DNA of 64,000 nt from the NCBI GenBank assembly GCA_035193785.1, contig CP136572.1, forward strand, positions 576,001 to 640,000. The letters are read 5' to 3'. Source of the DNA: Planktothrix sp. GU0601_MAG3 (GTDB lineage: Bacteria; Cyanobacteriota; Cyanobacteriia; Cyanobacteriales; Microcoleaceae). Positions 21,184 through 36,848 of this stretch are shown here, in pieces. Made by a program: the position numbers and the translations under genes. The notes below the pieces were generated by a model. It worked only from the letters and a program-made list of their open reading frames with translations, did not search any database and had not been told where the DNA came from. The number at the start of each line of letters is the position of its first letter. Within the stretch, counting starts at the first letter, position 1.

Positions 21184-22593
21184 ATGAAAATTTACTGTAC
21201 CCGTCCAGGTTGTTTAGGGGCTGATCGCAATAATTTTACCGATTTAGAGGATCAAATGACCCTCAAAACCGTACAGCAAAAATTTTGTACCACCTGCGGA
21301 ATGCCTTTGATTTTAGATGGTCGTTATCTACCGGAAAGATTATTAGGACAAGGGGGATTTGGCACAGCCTATTTAGCGAAAGATCGCCGTTCTCCTACTA
21401 TGAAATATTGTGTAGTTAAACAATTTAAACCTCCATCGGATTTAAACTCACAACAGTTAGCAACGGCTCAGGTTTTATTTGAAAGAGAAGCTCATGTTTT
21501 AGAACAATTAGGTAATAAACATCCCCAAATTCCTGATTTATTTGCCTATTTTCCTTTAGAAGCACCCGGATGGCGAACAGCAAAACCAGAATGTTTTTTT
21601 TATATTGTTCAAGAGTATATTAGTGGAGAAAATTTAGAAGCAGAACTAAATTCAAAAGGACAATTTTCAGAAACGGAAGTCCGAGAAGTCCTACAGGAAA
21701 TTCTCAAAATTTTAGAATTTGTTCATGATCATGATGTGATTCACCGCGATATTAAACCTTCTAATATTATGCGCGATCGCCAAGGAGTTTTACATTTATT
21801 AGATTTTGGTGCGGTTAAACAAGTCACCCAAAGTCCAGCCGGAACATCCACCGGAATTTATTCTTTAGGGTTTGCACCTTCTGAACAAATGCGAGGTTAT
21901 ACGGTGTTTCCTTCCACGGATTTATATGCGTTGGCGGTGACTTGTATTGTCTTATTAACAGCAAAAGAACCTCAAGAGTTATTTGATAGTTATAGTAATC
22001 AATGGAACTGGAAACAATTTGTTAGGGTTTCCGATGAATTAGCTAATATTTTAGATAAAATGTTATTACCCACACCTAGCGATCGTTTTGGTTCTGCTAC
22101 TCAAGTTTTAACCGCCTTAAACCCTCCCCAACCTCCTCCAATTCCCCAGCCTCCTCCAATTCCCCAACCTCCTCCAATCCCTTCCCCCGCGCTTTCTCCT
22201 CTAGTAAACCCAGTTCAACCTCTGATAATAACTCGTTCTTTTTCCACCTTGGAATTGTTATCTAATGCAGCGTTTATTGGGTTTGAAATTGGGGTTTTCG
22301 CCAGCTTAGGATTTGCTGTATTTAATGTGTTTAAGTTCAACCCTATTATTTTATTAATTATCGGTTTATTCGGGGTCACGGGATTAATATTTGCCCTATA
22401 TCACCGTTGGATAGAAGTCGGGTTAGATTTTATGATTATTCCCTTAATTTCCATAGGAGTTTTATATTTTATCCTATTAAAATTAAACTTTTATATCATA
22501 TTAACTACAGTTCCTTTAATTATGGCTATATTTAGCGTAGCTGTAACTACTTTATTCCGCTTAATTTATCTGATGCTCAAACGAGTTTTGTAA
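21184..22593 (+). CDS. Membrane Ser/Thr protein kinase with N-terminal 4-Cys finger
   Basis: CTRPGC...CTTCG, GQGGFG, HRDIKPSN, DFG; Pro-rich linker; C-terminal TM helices. Confidence 0.9.
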   Translation: MKIYCTRPGCLGADRNNFTDLEDQMTLKTVQQKFCTTCGMPLILDGRYLPERLLGQGGFGTAYLAKDRRSPTMKYCVVKQFKPPSDLNSQQLATAQVLFEREAHVLEQLGNKHPQIPDLFAYFPLEAPGWRTAKPECFFYIVQEYISGENLEAELNSKGQFSETEVREVLQEILKILEFVHDHDVIHRDIKPSNIMRDRQGVLHLLDFGAVKQVTQSPAGTSTGIYSLGFAPSEQMRGYTVFPSTDLYALAVTCIVLLTAKEPQELFDSYSNQWNWKQFVRVSDELANILDKMLLPTPSDRFGSATQVLTALNPPQPPPIPQPPPIPQPPPIPSPALSPLVNPVQPLIITRSFSTLELLSNAAFIGFEIGVFASLGFAVFNVFKFNPIILLIIGLFGVTGLIFALYHRWIEVGLDFMIIPLISIGVLYFILLKLNFYIILTTVPLIMAIFSVAVTTLFRLIYLMLKRVL

Positions 22594-22611
22594 CTAATAT
22601 GAAATTCAATC

Positions 22612-22643
22612 TTGTAGAGAAGTTGCAAGCAACATCTCTACAA
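22612..22643. repeat. GTAG-type REP-like palindrome
   Basis: ttgtagaga agttgcaagcaac atctctacaa. Confidence 0.7.
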
Positions 22644-22685
22644 AAGTGCTAAAATTCTCCCTAATATCCAAAATACTTGAGATTT

Positions 22686-23769
22686 ATGGCTCAAAAAAAT
22701 GACACTACAACTTTAATCCTAGCCTTACTGATTACCGGAGGATTAATTAGTGGCGGAATTTGGTGGTTTACTCGCAATATGAATTTGTCAACAGTCTTCA
22801 ATTCTAATCCCTCTCCCTCTAGTTCAATTCCACCTAAACCCGCCCCAATTCCACCTACCTCTATTCCTCAAACCTCTACAAAAGATTTTAAAACCTTTGC
22901 TGAAGTTCCTAATATTCCTAATGGACTTTTTACCTATGGCGGAAGTACCACATTTGCACCTATTCGTAAATTTATTAATCCCGAAATTGAAAATATTTTT
23001 CCCCAATTTCAATTACGATATTTTCAAAATCCTAGTCAATCCCCAGGTTCAGGAAGTGGGATTAAAATGTTAATTGATAATCAAATTACCTTTGCTGAAT
23101 CTTCCCGACCTTTGCAAGAATCAGAATATCAACAAGCCAGACAAAGGGGGGTAAATTTAATCGAGGTTTCCGATTGCTCTTGATGGGATTGTAGTGGCGG
23201 TTAATCCTAACTTGAATATTTCGGGGTTAACTATCAATCAATTAAAACAAATTTATACAGGTAAAATCAATAATTGGAATCAACTTGGAGGCGAAAATAT
23301 TCCTATTGTTCCCTATTCTCGGACGAAAGAATCTGGAGGAACAACGGAATTTTTTATTATGAATGTATTAAGAGGTGAGAGCTTTGGAGAAGCGGTAAAA
23401 TTTATTCCCACGACGACAGAAGCCATAAGAGCGATCTCTAATAACCCCGGGGGAATATATTATGCTTCCGCCCCGGAAGTGGTCGAACAATGTACGATTA
23501 AACCCCTGGCTATTGGTATAACATCTGATGCTTTAATTCAACCCTATAAAAATCCCTTAATTCCCCCGGAAAATTGTCCTCAACAACGGAATCAAATTGA
23601 TCCTATTGTATTTAAAAATGGAGAATATCCTCTGACCCGACGTTTATTTATTATTGTTAAACAAAATAATCAAACTGAACAACAGGCGGGAGACGCCTAC
23701 ACTCAACTTTTATTAACTTCTCAAGGTCAAGATTTAATTGAAAAACTGGGATTTATTAGAATCCGTTAA
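22686..23769 (+). CDS. PstS-like (PBP2) substrate-binding protein with N-terminal anchor; +1 at ~23167
   Basis: YGGSTT, GSGSGIKML, SSRPL, corrected VPIALDGIVVAVN, SGGTTEFF, YPLTRRLF. Confidence 0.8.
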
Positions 23770-23863
23770 GTTTTCTCGGCTGGGTATGTTTCTGTCTGTT
23801 AACCTAGGGGTTAATCTCCCAAAAAAATGTTATAATGAAAGCCAAGCATCAATTGATAATCCG

Positions 23864-25289
23864 ATGTCTCAAAAAAATGAATCTCTAATCTTATTTTTAG
23901 CACTCTTGATTACAGGAGGCTTATTGGGGGCGGGTTATTTTTTATTTTTCGGATTTTCTCCCAAACCCTTATTGAATACGAATAACCCCTCTGGAAACTT
24001 TACCCCCAACGTCCTCATCTAATATTGCGGTTGGGTCTATTGAAACTCGAATAAGTCAAGGGGAAAAGGTTTTAATTGCTTCGGGAGATTTAGCTCTCAA
24101 ACAGGCGGGAGTTGCTGCTTTGGCGTCTCGTCAATATCAGAATGCTGTTCAAGAATTTAACGCCGCATTACAACAAAATAAAAATGATCCTGAAGCCTTA
24201 GTTTATCGGAATAATGCTCAAATTCTGCAAAATAATCAACCTTTTTATACTATAGCTGTCTCAATTCCAATTGGAACTTCCGTTAATACCGCCCAGGAGA
24301 TTTTAAGGGGAGTTGCTCAAGCTCAAACAGAAGTTAATCAAGGGGGAGGAATTGGAGGAAAATCATTAAATGTGATCATTGTCAATGATGATAATAGTCC
24401 TGAAGTGGCTCAAGAAGTTGCTAAAAAATTAGTAAATAATTCAGAAGTTTTAGGAGTAGTTGGTCATTTTGGGAGTAACACCACCGAAGCCGCAGCACCG
24501 ATTTATGAAGCCGGAAAATTAGTCTTAATTTCTCCTACGAGTACATCAACAAATATTTCTAATGCGGGAGAATATATTTTTAGAACTGTTCCTAGCGATC
24601 GCTTTGCGGGAAGTGCATTATCTCGATATTTACTGAATAAGTTAAACTTAAAAAAAGCGGTTATATTCTTTAATAGTACCAATCAATATAGTACCTCCTT
24701 ACAAACAGAATTTACCACCGCTTTAAGTGGAGATGGGGGGGAAGTTGTCAGCGTTTTTGATATTGCAAAACCTGATTTCAACCCAGTTAAAGCCTTACAA
24801 CAAGCTCGCCAACAGGGAGCAGAAGCGATTGTATTAACTCCCGATTCTTCTACTATTGAACAGGCGTTACAAGTGGTGAGAATCAATCGCAGACAGTTAC
24901 CTTTATTGGGGGGAGATAGTGTATATCGACCGGAAACCTTGAAGGTGGGAAGCGATGCTGTGGGGATGGTAATTGCGATTCCTTGGCATATTTTAGCCGA
25001 TCCTAATTCGGCTTTTGCTCAAACAGCAAATCAACTCTGGGGGGCGAGTGTTAACTGGCGCACCGCCACAGCCTATGATGCTACAAAAGCTTTGGTTGCT
25101 GCTATTGCTAAAAATCCTACCCGGACAGGAGTTCAACAAGCACTTTCCGCCCCGGATTTTACTCCCCAAGGAGCAACGGGTGTAATTAGATTTTTACCCT
25201 CGGGCGATCGCAATCAACCCGTACAATTAGTCACAATTGAACCGGGAAATCGTTCAGGATTAGGTTATGATTTTGTTCCTGTTCCTTAA
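23864..25289 (+). CDS. Branched-chain amino acid-type (PBP1) substrate-binding protein with anchor and TPR-like segment; +1 at ~23996
   Basis: NDPEALVYRNNA, LGVVGHFGS, ISPTSTS, FRTVPSD, AYDAT. Confidence 0.8.
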
Positions 25290-25459
25290 TTTTATCTCTT
25301 TTCTTTGTGTCTTTGTGGTTATTGCTGAAAAATAATAGCTACCATCCTCTGACCAGAAATCAAAGAATGATAGCGAAGAATTCGACAACTAATAATGGGT
25401 TGGAAAAATTTTAATGTTCAATTACATTAATCAAATTACCAACAATTAAAAGTGTTTGA

Positions 25460-26426
<967 letters not shown>

Positions 26427-26489
26427 CTAACTCAATTTACTATTGCTGACTTTTTCTAGGATCTCATGTTTTAACACCCTGGTCACTAT

Positions 26490-26543
26490 TGTAGTGAGTC
26501 CTTCAGGACTCAGGGTTAGATAGCCCTAAAGGGCTTACTACGA
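26490..26543. repeat. REP-like pair, GTAGTAAGCCCTTCAGGGCT family
   Basis: tgtagtgagtccttcaggact ... agccctaaagggcttactacga; same family at ~3018, ~41776 and 55231-55360. Confidence 0.7.
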
Positions 26544-26544
26544 A

Positions 26545-28562
26545 TCAAAAATCATCTTCAACATAGGGGATCGTAAAATGGAACTGACTCCCTTGATTTT
26601 TGCCCGGGGAATCTGCCCAAATTTTCCCACCCCAACCATTCACAATTTGTTTACTGATCGCCAATCCTAAGCCTGTTCCGCCCACACTCCGACGTAGTGA
26701 TCCTTCTTCTTGGTAAAAACGCTCAAATACCGCGTCTAAACGATTAGGTTCAATTCCCCGTCCAGTATCGGAAATCGTTACTTCTATCATTTGATCTGCA
26801 TTACATTTGGCATCAATAATAACTTTGCCATCAGGATTAGTAAATTTACAGGCATTATCTAAGAGTTTAGACAGTAGTTCTACTAACCATTCTCCATCGG
26901 CTTGAACTAAAGGTAAATTTGGTGGAACTTCTATTTTAATACCTGGAACTTGATTTTGATTATTATGGGTACGAATTCCACTAATGGCTAAATCCAGACA
27001 TTCTTTTAATCTTAAAGATTCGGGGTTCCAGTCTACTCGACCACTTTCTAAATGGGATAATTTCAAAAAATCTTGGACTAATTTTCTTAACCGTTTCTGC
27101 ATCTGTTAGGGCGGTATCTAACATTATTTTTCGCATTTCTACAGGCATATTCGGTTCTTGATTTAAGCTTTCTAAGCAAATTAAAATTGTGGATAAGGGA
27201 GTTCTTAGTTCATGTCCGGTGATGGCAATTAAATTGCTGCGGGTACGTTCTAATGCTTCTAATTGTTGGTTGAGATCTTCTAAATTGGCATAGGTTTCTG
27301 CTTGAATAATGGCGGCACCTAGTTGAGTGGCGATCGCATCTACCATTAATAAATCATCTTCTTGCCAGGGGGAAAGATTACAATTACATTGATGTAATTC
27401 TACGATTCCTAAAAGTTGACCTTGGTATAAAATAGGAATCATTAACCAACCTTTAATTTCCCATTTTTGAGTGATTTTTTTTAATGATTCTTGGGATTTT
27501 ACTGAGTTATTATTAGTATTTTTAATCCAGTCTGGATCGATTTTATCGGTTTGATTAATATAAATAGGTTCCTGACGTTTGACAACTTTTTGAAATAGGG
27601 GATTTTCTCGCAAAATCCAAGTTTTTCCGATGATAGAAACCACATCATTACATAAATATTCATTATAAATTTTAACAGAATTATCCGTTGCTTTGCAGCG
27701 ATAAATTAAACAACGACAAGCTCCCATGGCTTCCCCTAATTCCTGGGTTGCTACTTTGATCACTTCTTGAGGGTTTAGAGATTGGCGAATTGTTGCTGTA
27801 ATAGAGTTAACTAAACGTTCCTTCCGTTCTTTGGCTGCTAGGGAACGATAAACTCGTAAAAGTTCATGTTGTCCCGCTTGTAAATAGGTAACTAAACGAT
27901 AGGCAAATGGATCATTGAGAGAAGCATAATCTGTGGAGATAGTATTTGATTTGGTACGATTTGAAGATTTTTTACTTTTTTGAGCTACTGAACGAATACC
28001 ATAAATACTGTAGGCTTGTTCTACTTTTTCAGCTAATTCAGGACGGTAATATAAAGTCCGTTCTAAAAGCAATTCTGCAACCTTAATAGAAACTTGCCGA
28101 TCGGATGTCCAAATTCCTTGAAAGGGACGAGCTTGATCCATCAATAACTGTTCCGATATATCGGAATTCTGGACTAAATCTTCTCGTTCAACACAAACTA
28201 AACAGGTTGAATAATATTGTCCTAAAACCAATAAATTCCATTCTTGACTTAGTTGATCTTGTGGGTAAAAAGCCACGGTTTCATGATAATCAGAGGAGTT
28301 TTGAAACTCGGTTTCTAGCGCCGCCATCACATAAACCTGTGGTGTGAGTTCAGCAATTTTTCGGTAACGGTGAGCTTCTTGACGATAAAATCTTTCCTGT
28401 TGAAAGGTAGCAATAACCAGAGGTTGATCGGTTTCCGGCTAAAACCTGATCCTCCATCGCATGAGATAACGCAGTTAAAGAGGATTTAAAATAAATTTGG
28501 GGCTTTAAACTAGGCAAAAACTTCACCAATTCTGTTAGTACCGACGAGGTGGAGATACTCAT
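26545..28562 (-). CDS. DICT-GAF sensor histidine kinase; +1 at ~28432 and ~27095
   Basis: YFKSSLTALSHAMED (DICT-like), GAF segment, GHELRTPL H-box, LLDNACKFT, DTGRGI, GTGLGL. Confidence 0.85.
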
Positions 28563-28724
28563 TTTATATTAAATCAATAGCTTTAACTAGATTTTTAACT
28601 AAAGGCGTATTTATGTTAGTGTTAGCGGAGGAAATGCAGGTTATTTTCACTATGGTTTATGATGGTTTTGCAGTTGTTTGACCCCTATATTGCACTAAAG
28701 TGCAACGACAAATAAGATAAATAG

Positions 28725-28756
28725 AAATCCCCCACCCGCAGGCAGGGGATATTTTT
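28725..28756 (-). terminator. Intrinsic terminator after psaB
   Basis: aaatcccccacccgcaggcaggggatattttt hairpin with A/T flanks. Confidence 0.55.
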
Positions 28757-28793
28757 AATTACCAATCAAACGAGGATGCAGTTAATAGTTACA

Positions 28794-31023
28794 TCAACCG
28801 AACTTACTCGCAGTCGAGGCAATTAGGAACGCTGCGTAGGTGAGGATATAACCAACGGTGAAGTGAGCTAAACCAACCACACGAGCTTGAACAATGGACA
28901 GAGCCACGGGTTTGTCTTTCCAACGAACTAGGTTCGCCAGAGGAGTCCGCTCATGTGCCCAGACAATTGTTTCGATTAACTCTTGCCAGTAACCCCGCCA
29001 AGAGATCAGGAACATAAATCCAGTCGCCCAAACTAGGTGTCCGAACAGGAACATCCAAGCCCAAACCGAGAGGTTATTGGTTCCATAAGGGTTGTAGCCG
29101 TTAATTAACTGAGCGGAATTCAGCCACAGATAGTCACGGAGCCAGCCCATCAGGTAGGTAGAGGATTCGTTGAACTGAGCAACGTTTCCTTGCCAGACGC
29201 CCAAATGCTTCCAGTGCCAGTAGAAGGTAGTCCAACCAATGGTATTCAGCATCCAGAACATCGACAGGTAGAAAGAGTCCCAAGCAGAGATGTCGCAAGT
29301 ACCGCCACGGCCAGGGCCATCACAAGGGAAGGCATAACCGAAGTCTTTCTTGTCGGGCATCAGCTTAGAGCCACGGGCATCCAACGCACCTTTGACCAAA
29401 ATCAGGGTGGTGGTGTGCAGACCTAGAGCGATGGCATGGTGAACTAAGAAGTCTCCAGGGCCAATGCTCAGGAATAGGGAGTTGCTACCAGAGTTGATAG
29501 CATCTAACCAACCGGGCAACCAAACGTTACCAGCGTTAGGCCAAGCAGTGGTGGCGATGCTGTCAGCGTTGGACAATAAAACATCCATGCCGTACAGCAC
29601 TTTACCAGAAGCTGCTTGAACGAATTGAGCAAAAACCGGTTCAATCAGAATTTGCTTTTCGGGAGTTCCAAAGGCAACCACCACATCGTTATGGACATAT
29701 AAGCCCAGAGTGTGGAAACCCAGGAACAGAGACACCCAGCTTAAGTGAGAGATGAGGGCCTCTTTGTGCTGTAACATCCGATCCAAGACGTTGCCTTTGT
29801 TCTGTTCGGAATCATAGTCGCGCACCAGGAAGATTGCCCCGTGAGCGAAAGCCCCGACCATTAGGAACCCAGCAATATATTGGTGGTGGGTATACAGCGC
29901 CGCCATCGTGGTGTAATCCTTAGCGATGAAGGCGTAGGGAGGCAGCGCGTACATATGTTGCGCCACCAGGGAGGTGATCACACCCAGCGCGGCCAGAGCA
30001 AATGCTAACTGGAAGTGCAGGGAGTTATTCATGGTGTCGTACAACCCTTGATGAGGCAGGTTGAACGGCCCTTCATTTTTGATCCCGAACAAAGGATCTT
30101 TGGAATTCATCATTTCTTTGATGCTATGACCAATTCCAAAGTTTGTCCGGTACATATGGCCGGCAATGATGAATAACACTGCGATGGCCAAATGGTGGTG
30201 AGCCATATCCGTCAACCAGAGAGACTCAGTTTGAGGATGGAAGCCACCTAAGAAGGTCAGAATAGCGGTTCCAGAACCCGTAGAGGTTCCGAAAATGTGA
30301 CCTGCGGTATCTGGGCTTTGTGCGTACACACCCCAGTTACCCGTGAAGAAGGGAGCCAGACCCGCCGGGTGGGGCAGAGTGCTGAGGAAATTATCCCAAC
30401 CCACGTGTTGTCCGCGAGATTCAGGAATGGCAACGTGAACCAAGTGACCAGTCCAAGCCAGGGAAACTAACCCCGAACAGACCTGCCAAGTGGTGGTTCA
30501 AACGAGATTCAGCATTCTTGAACCAAGACAGACTGGGACGATACTTCGGTTGTAGGTGTAACCAGCCTGCGAACAGGAAGGTAGCAGCCAAAAGCAACAG
30601 GAAGATAGACCCTTGATACAGGTCAGCATTTGACCGCATCCCGATGGTATACCACCAGTGGTACACCCCAGAATAAGCGATGTTAACTGGGTTAGAAGCA
30701 CCCGCTTGGGTGAAAGCTTCTACCGCAGGTTGGCCAAATTGGGGATCCCAAATGGCGTGAGCAATGGGGCGAGTATTTAAAGGATCTTTAACCCATTGTT
30801 CAAAATTACCTTGCCAAGCTACATGGAACAGGTTGCCTGAAGTCCAGAGGAAAATGATAGCGAGGTGACCGAAGTGGGAAGCAAAGATCTTTTGGTAAAG
30901 ATTTTCCTCTGTTATACCATCATGGGTCTCGAAATCATGGGCTGTGGCAATCCCGTACCAAATCCGACGTGTTGTCGGGTCTTGGGCCAAGTCCTGGCTA
31001 AATTTTGGGAATTTAGTTGCCAT
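28794..31023 (-). CDS. psaB: Photosystem I P700 apoprotein A2; +1 at ~30465
   Basis: [34 protein letters not shown]. Confidence 0.97.
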
Positions 31024-31114
31024 AAGTCCTAGCTAAATCGTGTTCTTTGTTATTCAGCTTCAGGGGGAAGGGAAAAGCTGATTTAGCCAATCCCAGCCCC
31101 TGAGCAGAGAGTTT

Positions 31115-33371
<2,257 letters not shown>

Positions 33372-33705
33372 TTAGACTCTCCTCGACCTGTGACAAAAAA
33401 TAAGTAACGTTGCAGATTCTGACAGAAGTTATACCCCTTTTTCAAAATCCTTAACAAAAGTTAGTGTTTCGTTAAATCGTTCCATAGATAAATTTCTATG
33501 AGAATAATTATTCAGGTTTATACCTGCACTAAAACCAACCTTTGTTCGGGGGCAACAGGACACCCTTGTATTTGCCTTAAGGCTTTTAAAATTTTATTTC
33601 GACAACTAACCCATACTTAAACCTTTGCATAGCAGTGGCTTTCCGTTTGGGGTAGCTGTTGTCTTTAAATGATATATCATCTTTTTGAATCTGGGGGGAA
33701 TGACT

Positions 33706-33818
33706 TGTTAACAATAATTAAAATTTCCCCTGATTCCTTACAGAATCATCATTTTATCTTCCATAAGGGTTTCAAAAAGTCAAATCTTTCTCAATAAATG
33801 TTACAAAACTTAAAATTC
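33706..33818. promoter_or_regulatory. Degenerate HLR1-like (RpaB) direct repeats upstream of psaA
   Basis: TTAACAAT-aa-TTAAAATT and GTTACAAA-ac-TTAAAATT with 10-bp period; RpaB control of psaAB is established in other cyanobacteria. Confidence 0.35.
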
Positions 33819-34012
33819 ATCGTGATAACTTAGAATGTTGAAAACCTTGTCCATTTCAAGCTGGAATCAAAATCAATTCCACCGGACTTTCCTCTCTGGG
33901 TTCTTGGTGTCCCAATTCCGCGCTAGGATTGGTCTGAACTCCTCAAGTGACACCCTACCGAACCCAGGGAAGTTAAATACCCCCCTAAAACCGATAGATT
34001 AAGGTTGGGCTT

Positions 34013-35753
34013 ATGACTTTCAATAAAAAACCTATGGATAAAACTAAATTGGGCTTCCTGCAAAAAAATCGGGTGCTAAATCCCATACTTCAGTTATGGA
34101 CAAGGGTAAAAACCCAACTCCAAACCCTGTTAGCACTCTTAATCATCGTCGGTCTGGCTGGATGTGGAAATTCCGCCTCTGAAGTTCCGCCCCAAACTCC
34201 TCCAACCCCTACGATATCCAAATCCGCGCCCCCAATTTCCCAAGTTCCTCCCCCAAAACTGATTCAGAAACTGCATCAATCCCTCGATGCTTATCAGCCT
34301 CAAGTTACCATCCTCAATCCTCAACCCGATCAACTACTCGAAGACGATACTATTAACCTAAAACTTCAGGTTCAGGGTTTACCCCTATTCCAAGATCCTA
34401 AATTGGGTTTAGGGCCCCATTTACAAGTAATCCTGGATAACCAACCTAATATTGATGTTTACGATATCACCACTCCCATTTCCTTCCCCAACCTAGACCC
34501 CGGAACCCATACTTTAAGGGTTTTTGCCGCCTATCCCTGGGATGAAAGCTACAAAAACGAAGGGTCTTTTGCCCAAACCACCTTTCATGTTTTCACCAAA
34601 ACCCCTGATACTCACCCCGACCAAAATCTACCTCTGTTAACCTATAATCGTCCCCAAGGAGTATACGGTGCGGAACCAGTTTTACTAGACTTCCATCTCA
34701 ATAACGCTCCTCTACATATTGTGGCCCAAGAAAATCCAACGGACGAAATAGTAGATTGGCAAATTCGGATTACCCTTAACGGCGAAAGCTTCACCACCGA
34801 TAAATGGCAACCTTTATATATCAAAGGGTTAAAACCGGGTAAAAATTGGGTACAAATTGAATATCTGAACGAACAGGGAAATCCCGTTGATAACGTTTTT
34901 AATAAAACCGCCCGGGTGATTACCTATAATCCCAATCTCAAAAATACCCTGTCCCAACTAACTCAAGAAAAATTATCCTTTGCAGAACTTAAAGGAATCC
35001 TGAATCCTAATTTTGCCACTCAAGAATTGATTCCCACTCCTGAACCGGAAGAACTTCCTACGACCGAACCGGAAGTTATTTCGACTCCCGTAGACGAACC
35101 CACCGCCGAAACCGTTGAGGAAACAGCGCCAGAAGTAGAAACAACGGTAGAAACCTGAAACTACTCCATCGGAACCCGTAGAAACAACCGTAGAACCTGA
35201 AACTACTCCATCGGAACCCATAGAAACAACGGTAGAATCTGAAACTACTCCATCGGAACCCGTAGAAACAACCGTAGAAGCTGAAACTACTCCATTGGAA
35301 CCCGTAGAAACAACGGTAGAACCTGAAACTACTCCATCGGAACCCGTAGAAACAACGGTAGAACCTGAAACTACTCCATTGGAAGTGTTAGAAGCGGAAG
35401 AACCTGCGATTGAACCCGTAGCATCTGAAATTCAACCCGAAGAAACAACATCGGATGTTTCCCTTGAATCCCTAATTAAACAATTGGGTGGATTTTTGAG
35501 TCGTTTCCGTCTTCCCTTTTTAAATCAAGTTCAGGTAACATCAAATCCTCCGACACCATTACCTGAAATTATTGATCAAGTTCCAATGCCAAAACCTGTC
35601 ACCGAACCCCAACAGTTAGAAACCCCTAACCCGGTTCCAGAAATTACCTCAGAAGAAGAAAATTTTATTTCTGAGATGGAAGTTACTACGCCAGAATCAA
35701 CAATTGAAACCGAAATCATCCCAGAATCAACCCAAACCATTAACGCCGATTAA
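34013..35753 (+). CDS. Conserved cyanobacterial lipoprotein with acidic Pro/Glu/Thr repeat tail; +1 at ~35152
   Basis: Lipobox LAGC; GLGPHLQVILDN, PGTHTLRVFA, PWDESYKNEG. Confidence 0.7.
35135..35385 (+). repeat. 42-bp coding tandem repeat (VETTVEPETTPSEP), about 6 copies
   Basis: gtagaaacaacggtagaacctgaaactactccatcggaaccc repeated. Confidence 0.95.
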
Positions 35754-35845
35754 AGGATTTATCTGATTGTACAGATTACCTTAATAGTTTGTTTTAATGT
35801 TAATGTAATCTGTAAGATTCATTCAATTAATTATTTACCAATATT

Positions 35846-36781
35846 ATGCAATCCCATCCCCAATCTTCCCTATTTACTCCTGAATCAAAATCCTATAATT
35901 GGCGAGGATATCAATGTTTTTATGAAGATTATCCGACCCTTAATCCCAATAATCAGGAGATTCCATTACTGTTAATTCATCCAATTGGAGTTGGATTATC
36001 TGGGAATTTTTGGTATCGATTTTGTCAGGAATCTCGGAAACAAGGGTTAAATCATGCTATTTATAATCCCGATTTAATCGGTTGTGGAAAGTCTGAAATT
36101 CCGAAATTTGCCTATTATCCCCAGGATTGGGCGGAACAATTGCATTATTTTTTACAAAATATTATTCAAAAACCTGTTATTCTAGTAGTACAAGGAGCGT
36201 TATTACCCGTTGCGATCGCCCTAATCCAACTCCAAAACCAATCTAATTCTAACTTAATTAAAGGATTAATATTATCCGGCCCCCCAGCTTGGCGAGTGAT
36301 GAGCGAACCCAGTTCAGAAAAACAGCAAAAACTCGTCTGGAACCTATTTTTTGATTCTCCCATTGGCAATTTATTCTGGCTCTATGCCCGTCGTCGTAAG
36401 TTTATCGAATCCTTCTCCATTCGGCAACTTTTTGCCAAGGCTGAAGATGTCGATCAAAATTGGTTAGACTTATTAGAAACAGGAGCCAAAAATGCTCAAA
36501 GTCGTTATGCCGTTTATTCCTTTTTAGCCGGATTCTGGCGACAAAACTATACGGATATTATGGCAGAAATTTCGATTCCCACCTTAGCAGTTTTTGGCAC
36601 AACCGCATCCAGTATTAGTCGCAGTGGATTTTTAGAAACCCCAGAACAACGGTGTCAACTTTATGAAAAAGGCTGGAAAAATTGCCAATCTGCTATCATT
36701 CCAGGGCGTAACGTTTTACCCTACGAATCGACCGCAGAATTTGTTAAGGTTGTCGCCAAATTTATTAACCAAATATTGTAG
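35846..36781 (+). CDS. Alpha/beta-hydrolase fold protein
   Basis: LLLIHPIGVG, PDLIGCGKS, NVLPYE; lacks GxSxG (has VVQGAL). Confidence 0.75.
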   Translation: MQSHPQSSLFTPESKSYNWRGYQCFYEDYPTLNPNNQEIPLLLIHPIGVGLSGNFWYRFCQESRKQGLNHAIYNPDLIGCGKSEIPKFAYYPQDWAEQLHYFLQNIIQKPVILVVQGALLPVAIALIQLQNQSNSNLIKGLILSGPPAWRVMSEPSSEKQQKLVWNLFFDSPIGNLFWLYARRRKFIESFSIRQLFAKAEDVDQNWLDLLETGAKNAQSRYAVYSFLAGFWRQNYTDIMAEISIPTLAVFGTTASSISRSGFLETPEQRCQLYEKGWKNCQSAIIPGRNVLPYESTAEFVKVVAKFINQIL

Positions 36782-36848
36782 AATTTTTGGACACAGTGTA
36801 CGCACTAACAACCACTTAATTATTTAGTTAGTGACTGTCTGGCTCCCT

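Noticed and set aside
35135..35385. Possible CRISPR array
   Set aside because: Contiguous in-frame coding repeat with no unique spacers
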